The notes under the pieces are model-generated. The model had not been told where the DNA came from. It saw only the letters and a list, made by a program, of their open reading frames with translations, and did no database searches. The position numbers were made by a program, and so were the translations under genes. A stretch of 64,000 nt of DNA, from positions 6,014,001 through 6,078,000 of the forward strand of contig OZ059899.1 of assembly GCA_964057225.1 (NCBI GenBank), read 5' to 3'. Shown piece by piece: positions 1 to 14,900 of the stretch. Position 1 is the first letter of the stretch. Each line of letters begins with the position of its first letter. The DNA is from Auanema rhodensis (Eukaryota; Animalia; Nematoda).

Positions 1-3000
1 ATTGTAAGCAATGAGTGAATAATGAAATAAGAGTAGTTTGATATGATAGGCGTTTGAGCATATGTCCATGTACAAGTTGCAAGTATATATATGGACATAG
101 ATATAGATATAGTTACATATAGATAAACATACATATGTATACATGTATATATGCAATAGTTTGCTTCTGATGGCAACAGATGACGTAAACGAAGAAAAAT
201 ATATATTCAAAAAGGCCGTAATAATTATGAGATAATTTTTTTTATTTATTCACAATATTAAATTTTGATTTTAATTTTACACTCAAAAATGTCAACAACG
301 AATTAATTGAATGTTTAAGTATTGGCTAGTAGCAGCTAAAAAAAACGATGTTTGACGAGATAACGAACTGAAGTTACTATAGCATTATGAGTGAATACTA
401 TTATTAATGTCGCAAAATGATTTTTGTCACATGGTTATTTTACAAATCTGGTAAAAGAGGATATAACACTTTGATATTTTCTGTATATATATATATTTAT
501 ATGTATATGTACATTGATCTAATGTACAATCCAAAGATCATCTTTTAATAAAGTTTCAATTTCTTCATCCAGTTGCATGCTGCATTCTTGAATGTTAATT
601 TATCAATATGAGTGTTAAACTGGCTCACATCACTTAAGATGAAGTTATTACGAAGATCCAGCATGCATATGCATAATATCATTATGCAATCTATGAAGCT
701 AAATAATTAGCTTTTTGAGAACGTTGTATGATGATATCAGCATACAAATATCAATTACGCATATATGAGGATGTTTTTTGGGTTTATGAGATATTTTGAA
801 AAATAGTTTTTCTAATTTTAATAAGCAAAATCTGAAACATATATGTTATGTTTATTCATTCTGCTCTTTGATAATCAATCTTCCTAGAGATGAAAACTCA
901 CTTGCTGCTATGAAATCTAATTAAAACAGGATGATTATTCGGATACACAACTAGGACCACATATAATAAAGAAAGATATCAAAACTATTGACATGACATC
1001 AAATTTTCTCACATATATATATACATACACATATGAAGTTAACTCCGAAATCTCAAAAGAAATAGCTGCATCAATATAGGTTTTCTAGCTTCTGCACTTC
1101 TGTTGACGGGAATATATAATGTTAATATAATCTTTTCGAAAGGAACTAGTTAAGTAAAAAGACAGAAGATCTTACAAAATTGTGCTATTAGATAAGTAAT
1201 AGAAGCTCAGTAACGAAAAAGCTTTTTTTATTTTTAAATTAGTGGCTTCATTCACATATATTTTGTTTGACGTAGTAAGCTGAACAACTACAACTTCTAC
1301 TACTTTAAATAAGTAGGAGTAGAAATTAAAATAGAAGAAACTTTGATATGATAGAGCACGGCATTATTTATATTAAATCTGTGAGCATAGTGATATGAAG
1401 TATTTGAAATCTTAAGTAATTCTTAGTCGTAGTTTCAACACTTAAATGCCATTATTTCATCACATAGAGTAAATGTCAGGTCTTTAGTGAAATCTGTATA
1501 TACTTCAAAGTCTAACATTGAGTGTTTTTATCTTATGTTATTCTTGTTGAATATAATTAATCACGTCATATGAAAAGAAGACAAAAGAAGTACTGAAAGG
1601 TAATGAACTAATCTTGAGGGCGGATGAAAAAGAACTTACATGTATATGCATGCAATTCAAGTAGCAATTTTTGTTCAATAAGGTTGAAGAGGAATCCGAA
1701 AGACTGAGACGAAAAGCAATAAAAAAATCTAATCAGGTGAATTTGTATTTTGCTTTCTGGAAAAAAAAAGTATGTTTTCTTATTTCTTTGAAAATAAATT
1801 GCTTTCAAAAAAACCAGTTGTAAATGAATATCAAAATAAGCTGGCTTTCATTGCCAGAAGTTCTTTTTTGTATATGAAACTAATAAGATGTATTTATATC
1901 TCTAGGAAACATATAAGATAATGACGGAATTGAATACAAAAATATAATAAAGCTTTGATATTTATCCAAATGTATTTATATGTTCATACTAAATATACTA
2001 CTTAATGTGTTTATTTATATATTATTAAGATTAAGAAATATTACAAGATGATTTAGAGAAGAGTTATCGCCCAACAAATAGTTGTATTGCTTTTCGTTCA
2101 ACAAAAATATTCGACTGATGGTCAACGTTCCCAGAAATTGTTCTAATTATTCATTTTTATGATGAAGCTAGCTATTTACAATAATTATATGAAATGATTT
2201 CATATATTCGCGTCACCAAAATCATCAAGCCTAATCTTTTACATGTGAATGCATAATTTCTTCAGTAAATCGTGCTAGTCGCCTAGTTAAGAAGGCAGCA
2301 ATTGTTCATACTAACAAAGTGTCGAAAAATCCTCCAAGAAACGAGAATTTATATTTGTGGTTTAGCAACTAACACACGTTATTGCAAGCTGTAATGAAAT
2401 TAAGAAACATTTCTTGATCTTTGAGAACTTGAAGCTATTCTGTGGACGAAAATAGTATGTTTTCCTCAATGAATCCAAACACGTAAGAATCTGCAGCAAC
2501 TACTCTCACTGCACTTTGATTCACAAATGGGCATCAACTGTTTCCTTAAGGAATGTCATGCTCACTACCAATATACATATTTGGAAAATATACTATGATC
2601 GAATAATCGAACAACAAAACCTTCAGTTAGCTGATATCTGTTTCTATTTGAATTGATGATGCACATATTGTCCATGGTATTGAAGCTGTCACATAAAAAG
2701 AAGAAACATTTCTTTCAAATGATTGCGAAGAATTCTTATCTATTTTTGCTCCTATTCAAGAACAACAAACAAGGGAGTGTACCTTTTATTCGAGGTGGGA
2801 TGTTATTGAACCTAGATTCTTACCAAGATCAAAAGTCGGTGAAATCATATATAAAAGAAGTGGAAAAATTATCTGTATGAAATCAAGCTGCTTCTCTGAA
2901 AAACATTGTATACATTCCCAGTATATAATTCAAAACTTATTTTATTTTCTTAGACAACATACCTTATTTTTAAAAATCTATTGAATGTTTATATTTTACG

Positions 3001-3094
3001 ATTAGTGCAAATAATATTGTTCTGATATGCAAATTTTATGATATCATTCATAGCTAGCCTGAATACTATATAAGACATGTGTCGTTCAACAAGA

Positions 3095-3775
3095 ATGAAG
3101 AAAATGCTCGCGTTTGTGCTAAGTCTACTTTTTTCAACTTCCTTAGCATGTGCTCCACTAACACCTGCTCAAAATGGTAATTCAAATCTAATATGTAATT
3201 ATAATTTCACCATTTTCAGACACAAAAATGTCAAAAACTGCTACGTTTACATTCACCGCAAATCCTCTTGTTAGATGGACTTATGGTGATAACCCCGAAC
3301 TCGGACAACCAGCTGCCCAAGAAAAGGCCTTATCTTATGCAACAAGCGATATTACCCAAGCAGTAAGATAAATTACTAGAAAAAAATATAATCCATAATC
3401 ATTTAGATTCGTTCTAGTTTGGCCGATTACAATATAGATTATAATTCATTGAAATCAGTAGTAACATACACTCCTCAGGGATGTGAAAAAATTGATAAAG
3501 AATGTGGTAATGATGTTACTTGTAAAATAGCGGTAAACAGTATCACTGCTACATGTAAGGATAATGCTGCTGAGGCATTAACAACTAATACATACAAAAT
3601 CGAATTAACTAGTGCTACTGTGGTAATTAAGAATTTAAAATATATCTATATGAAATTCTGATATTTTTAGGCTGTTTCAAACTATGATTGGAGACGTTTA
3701 GCTGTCAAGCTCCGTGAAAAATTAGAAGTTAAGACTTTGGTTTTCGAATCAGATATCGTTATTTCCAGTGAATGA
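3095..3775 (+). CDS. Small secreted Cys-containing protein, 4 exons, unknown function
   Basis: Signal peptide MKKMLAFVLSLLFSTSLA-CAP; three short GT-AG introns join to one ORF ending SSE*; AATAAA follows. Confidence 0.7.
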
Positions 3776-3882
3776 TAACTTCAAAATTGCCTTTTATATG
3801 TAAATATTGAATATCAATAAAGATAATTTCATCAAAAATCTGAGATCTGTATTTCATACTTATATATCATAACACAATATAT

Positions 3883-6055
3883 TCAGACTTTACGTTTCTT
3901 AGCTCCCTTTTTGATAGCTTTAGAATCAGAAGGAGATTTTGGTCTCTTTTGTGCAAGTTGGGCATTGAAGAGCAATGCTTGAGCCCAACCAGCGTATTCG
4001 CCGAACTTTTCAATATAAAATTGGCCTGCAAATATATATGTTACAGAAAACACGAAAAGTTTTTTGATATTATACCAATCTCAGAGTGAACAGCAGGTGT
4101 TAATGATTTGCTGGAAAGGTTAGGTCTATAATTTTGCATAGTAATCTAGAATAATATTGTTATAATAAATACAGATTAATCATTAGACCTTGTAGACATG
4201 AGTATCAATAGGAACTACGTTATGTTTCTGAAGACCCATTAAACAAATGCAATCAGCAACCTAGAAAAAAGTTAATATAAACAAAAATGTCAACTAATAC
4301 TTACTTTAGGCCCAACCCCTGCGAATTGTCGAAGATTTTCTTTAGCTGTCTTCAAGTCTTTTGTTCTCTGATCATAAAGATAGTTTCTTTCGGTCTTATT
4401 TAGCATCTCGACAGTTTTCCTAAAACATTTGAAATTTTCAGCCCAAAATACTTTTTATTACGCAATATATCCAGCTCTGTAACCAAATCCATCAAGCCTC
4501 AATTGATTTTCCATTTTTGGTAGTCCTTTAACCAATTGATCAACTAAAGAATTCGATACAAATATTTAAACATCTTCTATTAATCAAACCAGTAGGAAAA
4601 GCAAACATGAAGTCCGCAAATTTGTTTAATATACACTGATCTTCTTCGGGAATTGGAGCAAGATATTCCATCTTTGAACCATACAAAAAACATAGACGAT
4701 TAACCATCTCTGAAATGAATATTAACTATTAGAAGTTTTGTTTAAATTATCATTTTACTTGATATTCGTTTTATATTATTATTAGCAGAACATATAAAGG
4801 CAAATAATGTTTCTAAAGGATCTTGATCTAAAATTCGTATGCCTTTGAGGTCCGGTTGAGTTATCAATAATTTTGAAATAAATTCATCGGCACTTGACCA
4901 TTCTTTACATAATTCTTCGAGATTTACATTACTCTGTTTCCAATAAAAGAAGATTTTATTTCTAAATATTTGGAAATTACCTGAAAGTATTTATTCAAAA
5001 CATCTTCATGATTATTAGTTGTGCTTGAGCTTGCAGCAAGAACAGAAAACTCAATCTGAAAACTAGCTACTGTTGATCCATATTGTGAAAAATAATGTCT
5101 ACCTTAGTGTCATCTAAACGGGTAATTTTCCATAAACGCTGGAAAGCTGTACCGAAGTAAGATCCATTTTCGTAAATCCATCTAAAAATTTAAAGTTAAA
5201 CAGAGGCCAAAATTGTAAACAAGATTAAGGCACACCAGCGTTTTCATATAGATTTATCTTTACAAGTACGCACCAATAGTATTGAAGTAAGAGATCGCGA
5301 GAGAAGTCAATAAATAAGTGGTCAGTTCCTTTTCTCACTTCCTCCATCAGCTTCTTTTTCGCCAAACTAAGTTTTTGACCATTATACCCTTCACTAACTA
5401 AGTTTGCTACGAGTTGACGTAGTGACTTCTCAAATAAAGCTAAGTTACTTGAAGATTCGCAAGGATGTTTCGATTGAGCCACTGCGGTTAATTCCGAAGC
5501 AGGTGAAACCAATAAGGGTAGTGATCGGATCTTGCAGGCCAGATCATGTAAATTAGTAAACTTGTAAACATCTTGAGGTATTTCTATCTCATCATTCATT
5601 TTACGAATCGTGTCAATTTCCACTTTCTTGATTCCTTGACGACAGTTATTCCGAGAGATTGCCTCATCAATGGCGCATTCCATAAGTACTACTAAGAAGG
5701 AATAGTGAAATGTTCGAGCTATGCGTTCGAATGGCCGTCTCATGCTTTGAAGATAAAAATTATCTTCGATGATTAAAGTTGTTTTTGGAGTCAAATCTTT
5801 AATAACATTTCTGATTTCATTTTCAAACTCCTTTCTTGATTTACGTGGATTATAGTTCTCAACTTTGTGTCCCACCATCTCATCAAACGACATAGTTATA
5901 CAGTCAATCTCATGTTTTAAATTATTAATTATAGTTGATTTCCCAGACGCAGGTATACCCATAATCAAAACAAGAGACATCTACCTGAAACTTTGTCCGT
6001 TTAGCAAAACTGAAGGTAAGTTTAATTGGGTAGACGAAAATTTGAGAACAGGCAT
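3883..6055 (-). CDS. OGG1: 8-oxoguanine DNA glycosylase/AP lyase (OGG1), multi-exon
   Basis: Exon 1 (6055-5985, MPVLKFSSTQLNLPSVLLNGQSF) splices to 5181 to give GQSFRW; further motifs GIRILDQDPLETLFAFICSANNNIKRI, GFGYRA, HhH GVGPKVADCICL, VPIDTHV, YAGWAQALLF. Confidence 0.9.
5225..5980 (-). CDS. PSTK: L-seryl-tRNA(Sec) kinase (PSTK)-like P-loop kinase, intronless, nested in OGG1 intron 1
   Basis: 251-aa ORF: LVLIMGIPASGKST (Walker A), IIEDNFYLQSMR, AISRN, and C-terminal LRQLV...LSLAKK helix typical of PSTK (KTI12 is the less likely alternative). Confidence 0.8.
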   Translation of the reverse strand: MSLVLIMGIPASGKSTIINNLKHEIDCITMSFDEMVGHKVENYNPRKSRKEFENEIRNVIKDLTPKTTLIIEDNFYLQSMRRPFERIARTFHYSFLVVLMECAIDEAISRNNCRQGIKKVEIDTIRKMNDEIEIPQDVYKFTNLHDLACKIRSLPLLVSPASELTAVAQSKHPCESSSNLALFEKSLRQLVANLVSEGYNGQKLSLAKKKLMEEVRKGTDHLFIDFSRDLLLQYYWCVLVKINLYENAGVP

Positions 6056-6342
6056 CTAAATTTGAAAAATAGCTATTGAAGAAAAAACTTCAAGACATTT
6101 CAGGAAAATCCTACATTTGATTTTGAAAAAAATATTTAACTACCTTATATTATCACAGTAGAATATTAAATAAAAATCTGTTGAACATCAAAAGAACAGA
6201 ATACATATTATATATAAATAGATAAAAATCCGAATATTACAGGCAAATAACCAGCATAACATGGGTTTCCAATCCTGATTGGGGTAAGGATTTGAAAGGC
6301 AAAATTATCATGCGTTAAAGAAAATACGTGTTTGAAACAATA

Positions 6343-8529
6343 CTAGACAAGACGTTCGTACCATTTTTTCGCCGAACGATTGAAATGTTTCTGAAATTTT
6401 TAATTTTTTTTATACATTAGATTAACTGATTAACCTTATCAATATACTGACAAAGGCATTGTTGTTTTGCACAATGTCTCGGAAGATAATCAGAAACTCC
6501 TAAAGATGGTCTTGAAGGAAAGACAAGGCGTTGCTAAAATAATAAACAAGCGACCTTCATATCAAATTATTTTTGTCATACCTTTACGGTATCCTTAACA
6601 TATCCCTGACTATATTTCAAAATTAAATGCACGGCCTGTTCTTCAATCTAAGTAATTTCATATTAAAAAATGTGAAAAATGCAAACATTACTTCTCGTTT
6701 AGTCATTTGTTTGCCAGAAGCTGATAGTGTTTCTCCTCCGTACACAACAGCACCTCCACTTGCTTCAATTCTAATAAGCCTTTCAATATCCGGAATACAA
6801 TCATCGATATCAAACCAAATGAAATTGATCTAAAACTATTAATTCTTCTACTGTTGTATTTGAAAATTTATCTATTCGAACAAATTTTCGAAAAAGAAAT
6901 TATTAAGAATCACCCTGCGGTTGCGTACAATACTAAATTATTATGTTTTATATGCAGATAATCAACTTTTTTTCTCGTCAATTCTGTGAAACTGTTTTCC
7001 CATCATGGGAAAATCTTTTTGTTATGACGCATCTACTCACCACAACTTTATGACAACTAAGTTGACCGCGATCTTCGATTCCGGCGAGAATGTTGTTCTT
7101 AATCAGAACTTTGTTTGCAGACTGGACACAATGACGAAGCCCGATTCTAATCTTAAAATAAGATGTTGCAAAAAAAGGATCTCGCGCAAAAAGCTCACTT
7201 GCTTCCTTATTATGGCACAACCTATTATCCCAGCAAAAAGAACGAAAATCCATACCAGGCAAAAAATCATGATTGGAAGTCCGCCCTGCTTAATTAGTTA
7301 TATAAAGCTGATGTCTATTTTGACTCACTTCTGTGTTCAAGAAAAGGACGACAAGTAGAACAACAATTGATAAAGTCATCCAAAAAGTAATTAGTCTCGA
7401 ATATAGTGTGGAAAAGCTATAATATAAAATTTTATGATATCGTATAATATAGTCAACTTTACCTTCGGAATCGGTAATCGTTAGTCAACAATTCCATAGC
7501 CATCAGAAAATCAGCTTGTGGTACCTAAACAATTTAGTTAAATATGTAGAGTGTGGAAATTATTCACATCTATTCCCTCAGCTCTAAGAGCAGCTGGCAT
7601 ACTTGAGGGTTCATACCGTGGAGGAATAATCCATGCACAACTGTTATTTTCGGGATACACTGTTGTTATTACTTTTGCATTCCCTATAAAATGTATGTTC
7701 AATTCACGAGCTGATCAATTTTGCAACAAAAAGCTGCAAATTTTGATAGCAAAGTCTCTATATTAAGGAATGATCTAAACTTTATAAATGGACAGTTTCA
7801 CTACAAGTCGATACTGTATGAAAGTAAATATTTCTTTGTTTGAACAGTGGACATATTGTGAGACATAGTAAAGTCGACAAGCCCATAACACTCAAAATTT
7901 TCACAAAATAAAATGAGCCATAGCTTAAAGTTATTTCAAAAATACAAGTACGGTTCAAACCACGATGAACTTACTTTTACTGGGAATAGGATGGTCAGGA
8001 GGATCCTTTTCTGTCGATACCTGCCCACTAAATTCTTGCATAGCATGAACAATAGGTGCTTGGCCAAGTTTCGAAGGATCTCAAAAAAAACAATATGTTT
8101 GAGAATTCAATGATAAAGAAATCTCAATAACGTACCAGCAATCATTTCGTTAGTAGGTAAAGGTGTTATTACTGGTCTTTCATTATCCTCAACGTCTAAT
8201 CTTTCTTCTGCTGCTACACTTTCTCGACCACTATCCATATCAATACTTTCTTCTCTGGTAACACTATGTCTTCCTTCATCAGATGCTGATCCTGGTCTCA
8301 TCTGAAACTAAAGGTTTTATGGGTTACAATGTCAGTAGCAGAAATAGAATAGTTACTTATAATATATGAAAAGTATTCTATATAGTTTTTAGAGAAAAAA
8401 ATGTATTTACAATTACATATATTAGAACAAAATATTTACCTCAGCAGGAGTAGACATAGGAATTTCATCGAATCCAACCCAGCTGCTTGGTCTTTGTCCT
8501 TCGCTTAGGGCATTTAGTGGGTCCGTCAT
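6343..8529 (-). CDS. TMEM268-like two-TM membrane protein, multi-exon
   Basis: Spliced exons give an acidic N-terminus, two TM helices, ANKVLIKNNILAGIEDRG and C-terminal RHCAKQQCLCQYIDK; family recalled by resemblance. Confidence 0.6.
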
Positions 8530-9282
8530 GGTATAATACGCTGTTACTAATGCATTTATTTTCCGAGTATATTTTCATGAGAATAGATTGTTTAAAACGA
8601 AAAATATAACATTATAATGAAGACTATTTTTACTAATCAGATCGTACAAACAGTAGGTAGAACTAGCGAGAACGGTGTGGCCACGCGCAGGAAACTGCAT
8701 CAAGGTCATGAACACACAAACAATAATCGATAACTGCTATTTAAAGAAAAAGATTTTTCAGATAAGGAATATAAGCTAAAAGCTTTAAAACCTAGATAGC
8801 CACTAGGTCACACGATCCAAATTAGGTCTGCCTTGCTCTAACCCTCCTCTTCTCGTGCAAAGCAAATAGGTAAGAAGCAAACAAAGGAATGCGGAAAAGC
8901 ACACATCTCAATCAGCGATTTGTTAGGGAAGCTGAAAATCAGAAACGAACTTATATTATTTCTAACTATATGCCTGAAAAAAACCTGTTTTTCTTACACT
9001 GTAATCAAAATGACTATCTCCTCTCACATGTATAAGAGGACACGATAATAATATGAGAATGTTGCAAACAACTATGCAAAACGATGTAGTATATCTCACA
9101 ATTTTTTCCCAAAAATGTATCCTGTATTATAATCGAACATAGTGGGCCAACGTACACTTTATTGAAGAATACATTAACAATAAGGTGGACAACAACTAAC
9201 AATTGAGACCATAGATGAACACACACATGGGATAAGAAAAAGTATTAGTTTTAAATTAAAATGGTTATATATCGCTGAATAG

Positions 9283-11294
<2,012 letters not shown>

Positions 11295-11389
11295 GGTAAA
11301 GCTGAACAGGATTATTGAAAAAAAATTAATTCGAAATCACTAATAATAAAAATTAATCTGAATAAGCTGGCCGGAAAAATAAACAAAAT

Positions 11390-11480
11390 TGTGTAAAGAA
11401 AACCGTTCGAAGCGTGGCTACACGTCAATTAAATAGAAACGAAAATGCGCGCCGCGTCCTCAGGGAGCGCGTTTATATGG
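11390..11480. promoter_or_regulatory. Probable bidirectional promoter between the divergent hel-1 and scc-3 clusters
   Basis: CpG-rich patch (gcgcgccgcg...gagcgcg) in a ~610-bp AT-rich gap between divergent start codons. Confidence 0.4.
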
Positions 11481-11907
11481 GGATGGTCCTGAACGGAAAT
11501 TCAAAAACTTTGAAATAAACGCTTATTTTGGTTATTTGCAACGTGCTTTTGCTTTGCAAATTTAAATTAAAAAAATCTTCTAATTTTAAAACATGGAATT
11601 TCTTAATAAATTCACAAGAATGAGTGTATACAAACATATACAAAACAGTCCATATTTGCACGCTTTTTACGGAGTCTTGGCGTTATGCCAAAATTTCTAA
11701 ACAGCGGTAAATTTAATATTTTTTTGGCTTGATTTTGTTCTCTAATTAAAAAGTTTGTTTATCATTGAATATGCAAATTACTATTTAAAAATTTTTTCTG
11801 AAGAAAGATTTTTTCTTTTGATTAGTATAATATAACATTAAATTTCTTTAATATTTCTTTCAGCAAAAAAACGTTTTTTTTTTGAATTAGCGCTTTAATT
11901 TAATAGT

Positions 11908-14900
11908 ATGGATCAGTCGATGATGTCCTCTGTGGACAATTCTCCTGTTAGGATGTCCACAAGAGGAGTACAAAGAGTAAATTATGCAGAAATGAATAGT
12001 TCTGGAGCTGGTGCACCTAGGTAAAACTACTGAAATTTAATCCTCTCACTTGTATCTATGAATTCCTGTTTTCAGTTCCGAACCTACAATAAATGACGAT
12101 GCTGTATTTCGATCACCTACTGCTAGTACGAGAGGAAGAAAACGAAGAATTCCCTCTGTAGATGAATCTTCACTTAATTTGTCAATGTCAGCGGTATGGT
12201 ACTATCATAAATTTTTTATTAAATATAGTTTTAGCCTAAACGAGGTCGCCCCCGAGGTTCTACATTACTAACAAGGGGTGGCGGCAGAGGAGGTGCTCGC
12301 AGAAACATAACTACACATGACGGGCTGAATCTCAGTGAAGATAAGGGCTTATTCGGCGCAGTAAAGACCGGAAAAAATGTTGATGTTTGTGTTTCTCTTT
12401 TTTTTCTTTTGATATAACTTCTAATTTAGACTGTAATCGATGAGTGGATTGAAGAATACGATCGCAATCCTGATGCTGCGTTGGTAAAACTTTTGCAATT
12501 TTTTATTTCTTGTTGCGGATGTAAAGGAAACATTACTTCTCAAATGATTCACAGTATGGAATACAGGTTGGACATATTTGGTAATACGGGTATAATACTG
12601 GGTTTTTTCAGTGATATAATTCGGAGAATGACAGAAGACTTCGAAGAAGAATCTGGAGATTATCCATTAGTTTTGGCGGGTCCTCAATGGAAGAAATTCA
12701 GAAATAATTTACACAGCTTACTATATGTAAAAATCAAAATTATTTAAGTTTTAACGGAAGTCTGTATATCTCTTTACAGGAACTTATTGATAAATGCAAG
12801 GCATCTGTAATATTTGATCAACGCATGATGGATAGTGTGATTCAACTACTTACTGGATTAGCCGACAGTCAAGTTCGAGCATTTCGTCATACTTCAACCT
12901 TTGCAGGTTAATAATAAATTTGATTTTGCTTCATTAATGCTATTTTGATTTTTCAGCAATGAAAATTTCTTCTGCTCTCGTCGACGTGACTATGGAAATT
13001 ATTTCCATTAAAGACAAAAACTCCAAGCAAATTGATGCTGAAAAGGTTTGTTCATAAAAAAAAACAATTGGTATTGCAATTTTATAGGCAAGATTAAAAG
13101 GTGGAGGAAGTACTAATGAGAAGTTGGATATGCTTATGAATAAGAAAAATGAAGTTTGTGGAATGTAATTTTTTAAATAATTTTCTATTCCTTAAAGATT
13201 GAAGAGCGTATTGATGACGTTCGACAAATGTTACAGTACATTTTTAAAAGTGTTTTCGTACATCGATATCGGTAACAGTTTACTATTAATTGTTTCTCAT
13301 TTTACATTTATAGTGATATCCTACCTGACACTCGAGCTATCTGTATAACAGAGTTAGGTAATTGGATGTTGATATATCCCGACCACTTTTTAGAGGATTC
13401 TTATCTCAAGTATATCGGATGGAGTTTACATGATAAGGTGAACGCTTGAAAGAATTTTTCTTTAATACATATGATTGTATAGATGCCTGAAGTTCGGTTA
13501 AAATGTATTAATGCATTGCTTCCCTTATATGAAAAATCAAATATGCTCTCAAAGTTAGAGTTGTTCACCAACAAATTCAAGGTTTATTTTACTATATTTA
13601 CGTATTTTTATTTTTTAAATTAGACACGCTTAGTTTCGATGGTTTTGGATAAAGATCACGATGTAGCCGTGCGTACTTGCACTTTAATGACTAGCATTTA
13701 CAGGTTTGCTTCGATAATTTTTAACCCATGATACCTTTAATATTCAGAGTTTTTCCTACAATTCTTCAGCTTAAAGATTGTATTCCTATATATGAGCTCG
13801 TTTATTCTACTCATAGGGGACTAGCTGTTGCTGCCGGAGAATTCTTAAATACTAAAGTTTTTCAACATAACGTGGACAACAGGCGAGGTTCGCATGGCAG
13901 ACAAGATCAAAATGCTGCGCTTATTAAGGACTTGATTCAGTTCTACATTGAAGGAGAAGTTTGTCTTAACTTTTGATCAAGAGTTATGATTTATGTTTAG
14001 TGCCATAGTCATGCTTCTTATTTAATTGATGCATTGATTGATACAAATCCTATCATTAAAGATTGGCAAACTCAAGTCGATTTGCTGCTTGGAGATGAAA
14101 GTATGTATTTGCTCATTTTTTAAAGTTGTTAATTATTCAATACTTCAGTGGAAAAAATGGAGACCCAGTTAATTGAAGTTCTTGTATGTAGTGTTCGCCA
14201 ATCAGCTACCGGAGAATCTCCGGTTGGAAGAGCTGTAGCTAAGCGAGGAGCTCCTTCAACCAAAGAAAATCGAATGCTTGTTGATGACCGAACAAAATTA
14301 AGCGAAATATTAATCCCTGTACTTTCCCAACTATTACAAAAAGCAAGTTCCTTATTTATCAAAATTTTTACATAATTTGTTACAGTTCATCGCCGATCGG
14401 GACAAAGTTGCTGGCTTGATTTGCATACCACTCTATTTCCAACTGGAAATGTTTATGGCTGCGAGGCTAGAAAACGTACTCTCTTGAATTTTTTTCGTGA
14501 TTCTTATTTTTCAAATTTTCTAGCATTTAAATGATTTGATGCGGGTCATCGATATTATTGTTGAAAAGCATGCTGATGAAGAGATGCTGTTGACTGTTGC
14601 TGAAGTTTTAACTTACTTTACCACTAATACTGCAGTCGCACAGCACACAGAAACCTACCGCCTTAAAGTAAGATATTTTGTTTTGTATTAATTCTTATTT
14701 ATTTTAGCTAATTGATGGTCTTGCCCTACAACTTCGTCACACTGTTCAAAGATTTTTTAATGAAAAAAATTGGGATGATGAAGATGATGCAGTAATGCTC
14801 TCATCTTTTAGAAAAATAGCAGCCTTCTCTAGGTAATTTCATGGTTTTGACAACAATATTATTTTTTTCAGTCATATTGATTTGAAAAAATGGGACTTAT

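Noticed and set aside
1-3050. Short ORFs (1608-1808, 2653-2880) and a possible minus-strand frame near 545-700
   Set aside because: No recognisable motifs or consistent exon chain; treated as intergenic
7005-8113. Plus-strand ORFs 7005-7358, 7551-7766, 7913-8113
   Set aside because: Antisense shadows over the TMEM268-like gene
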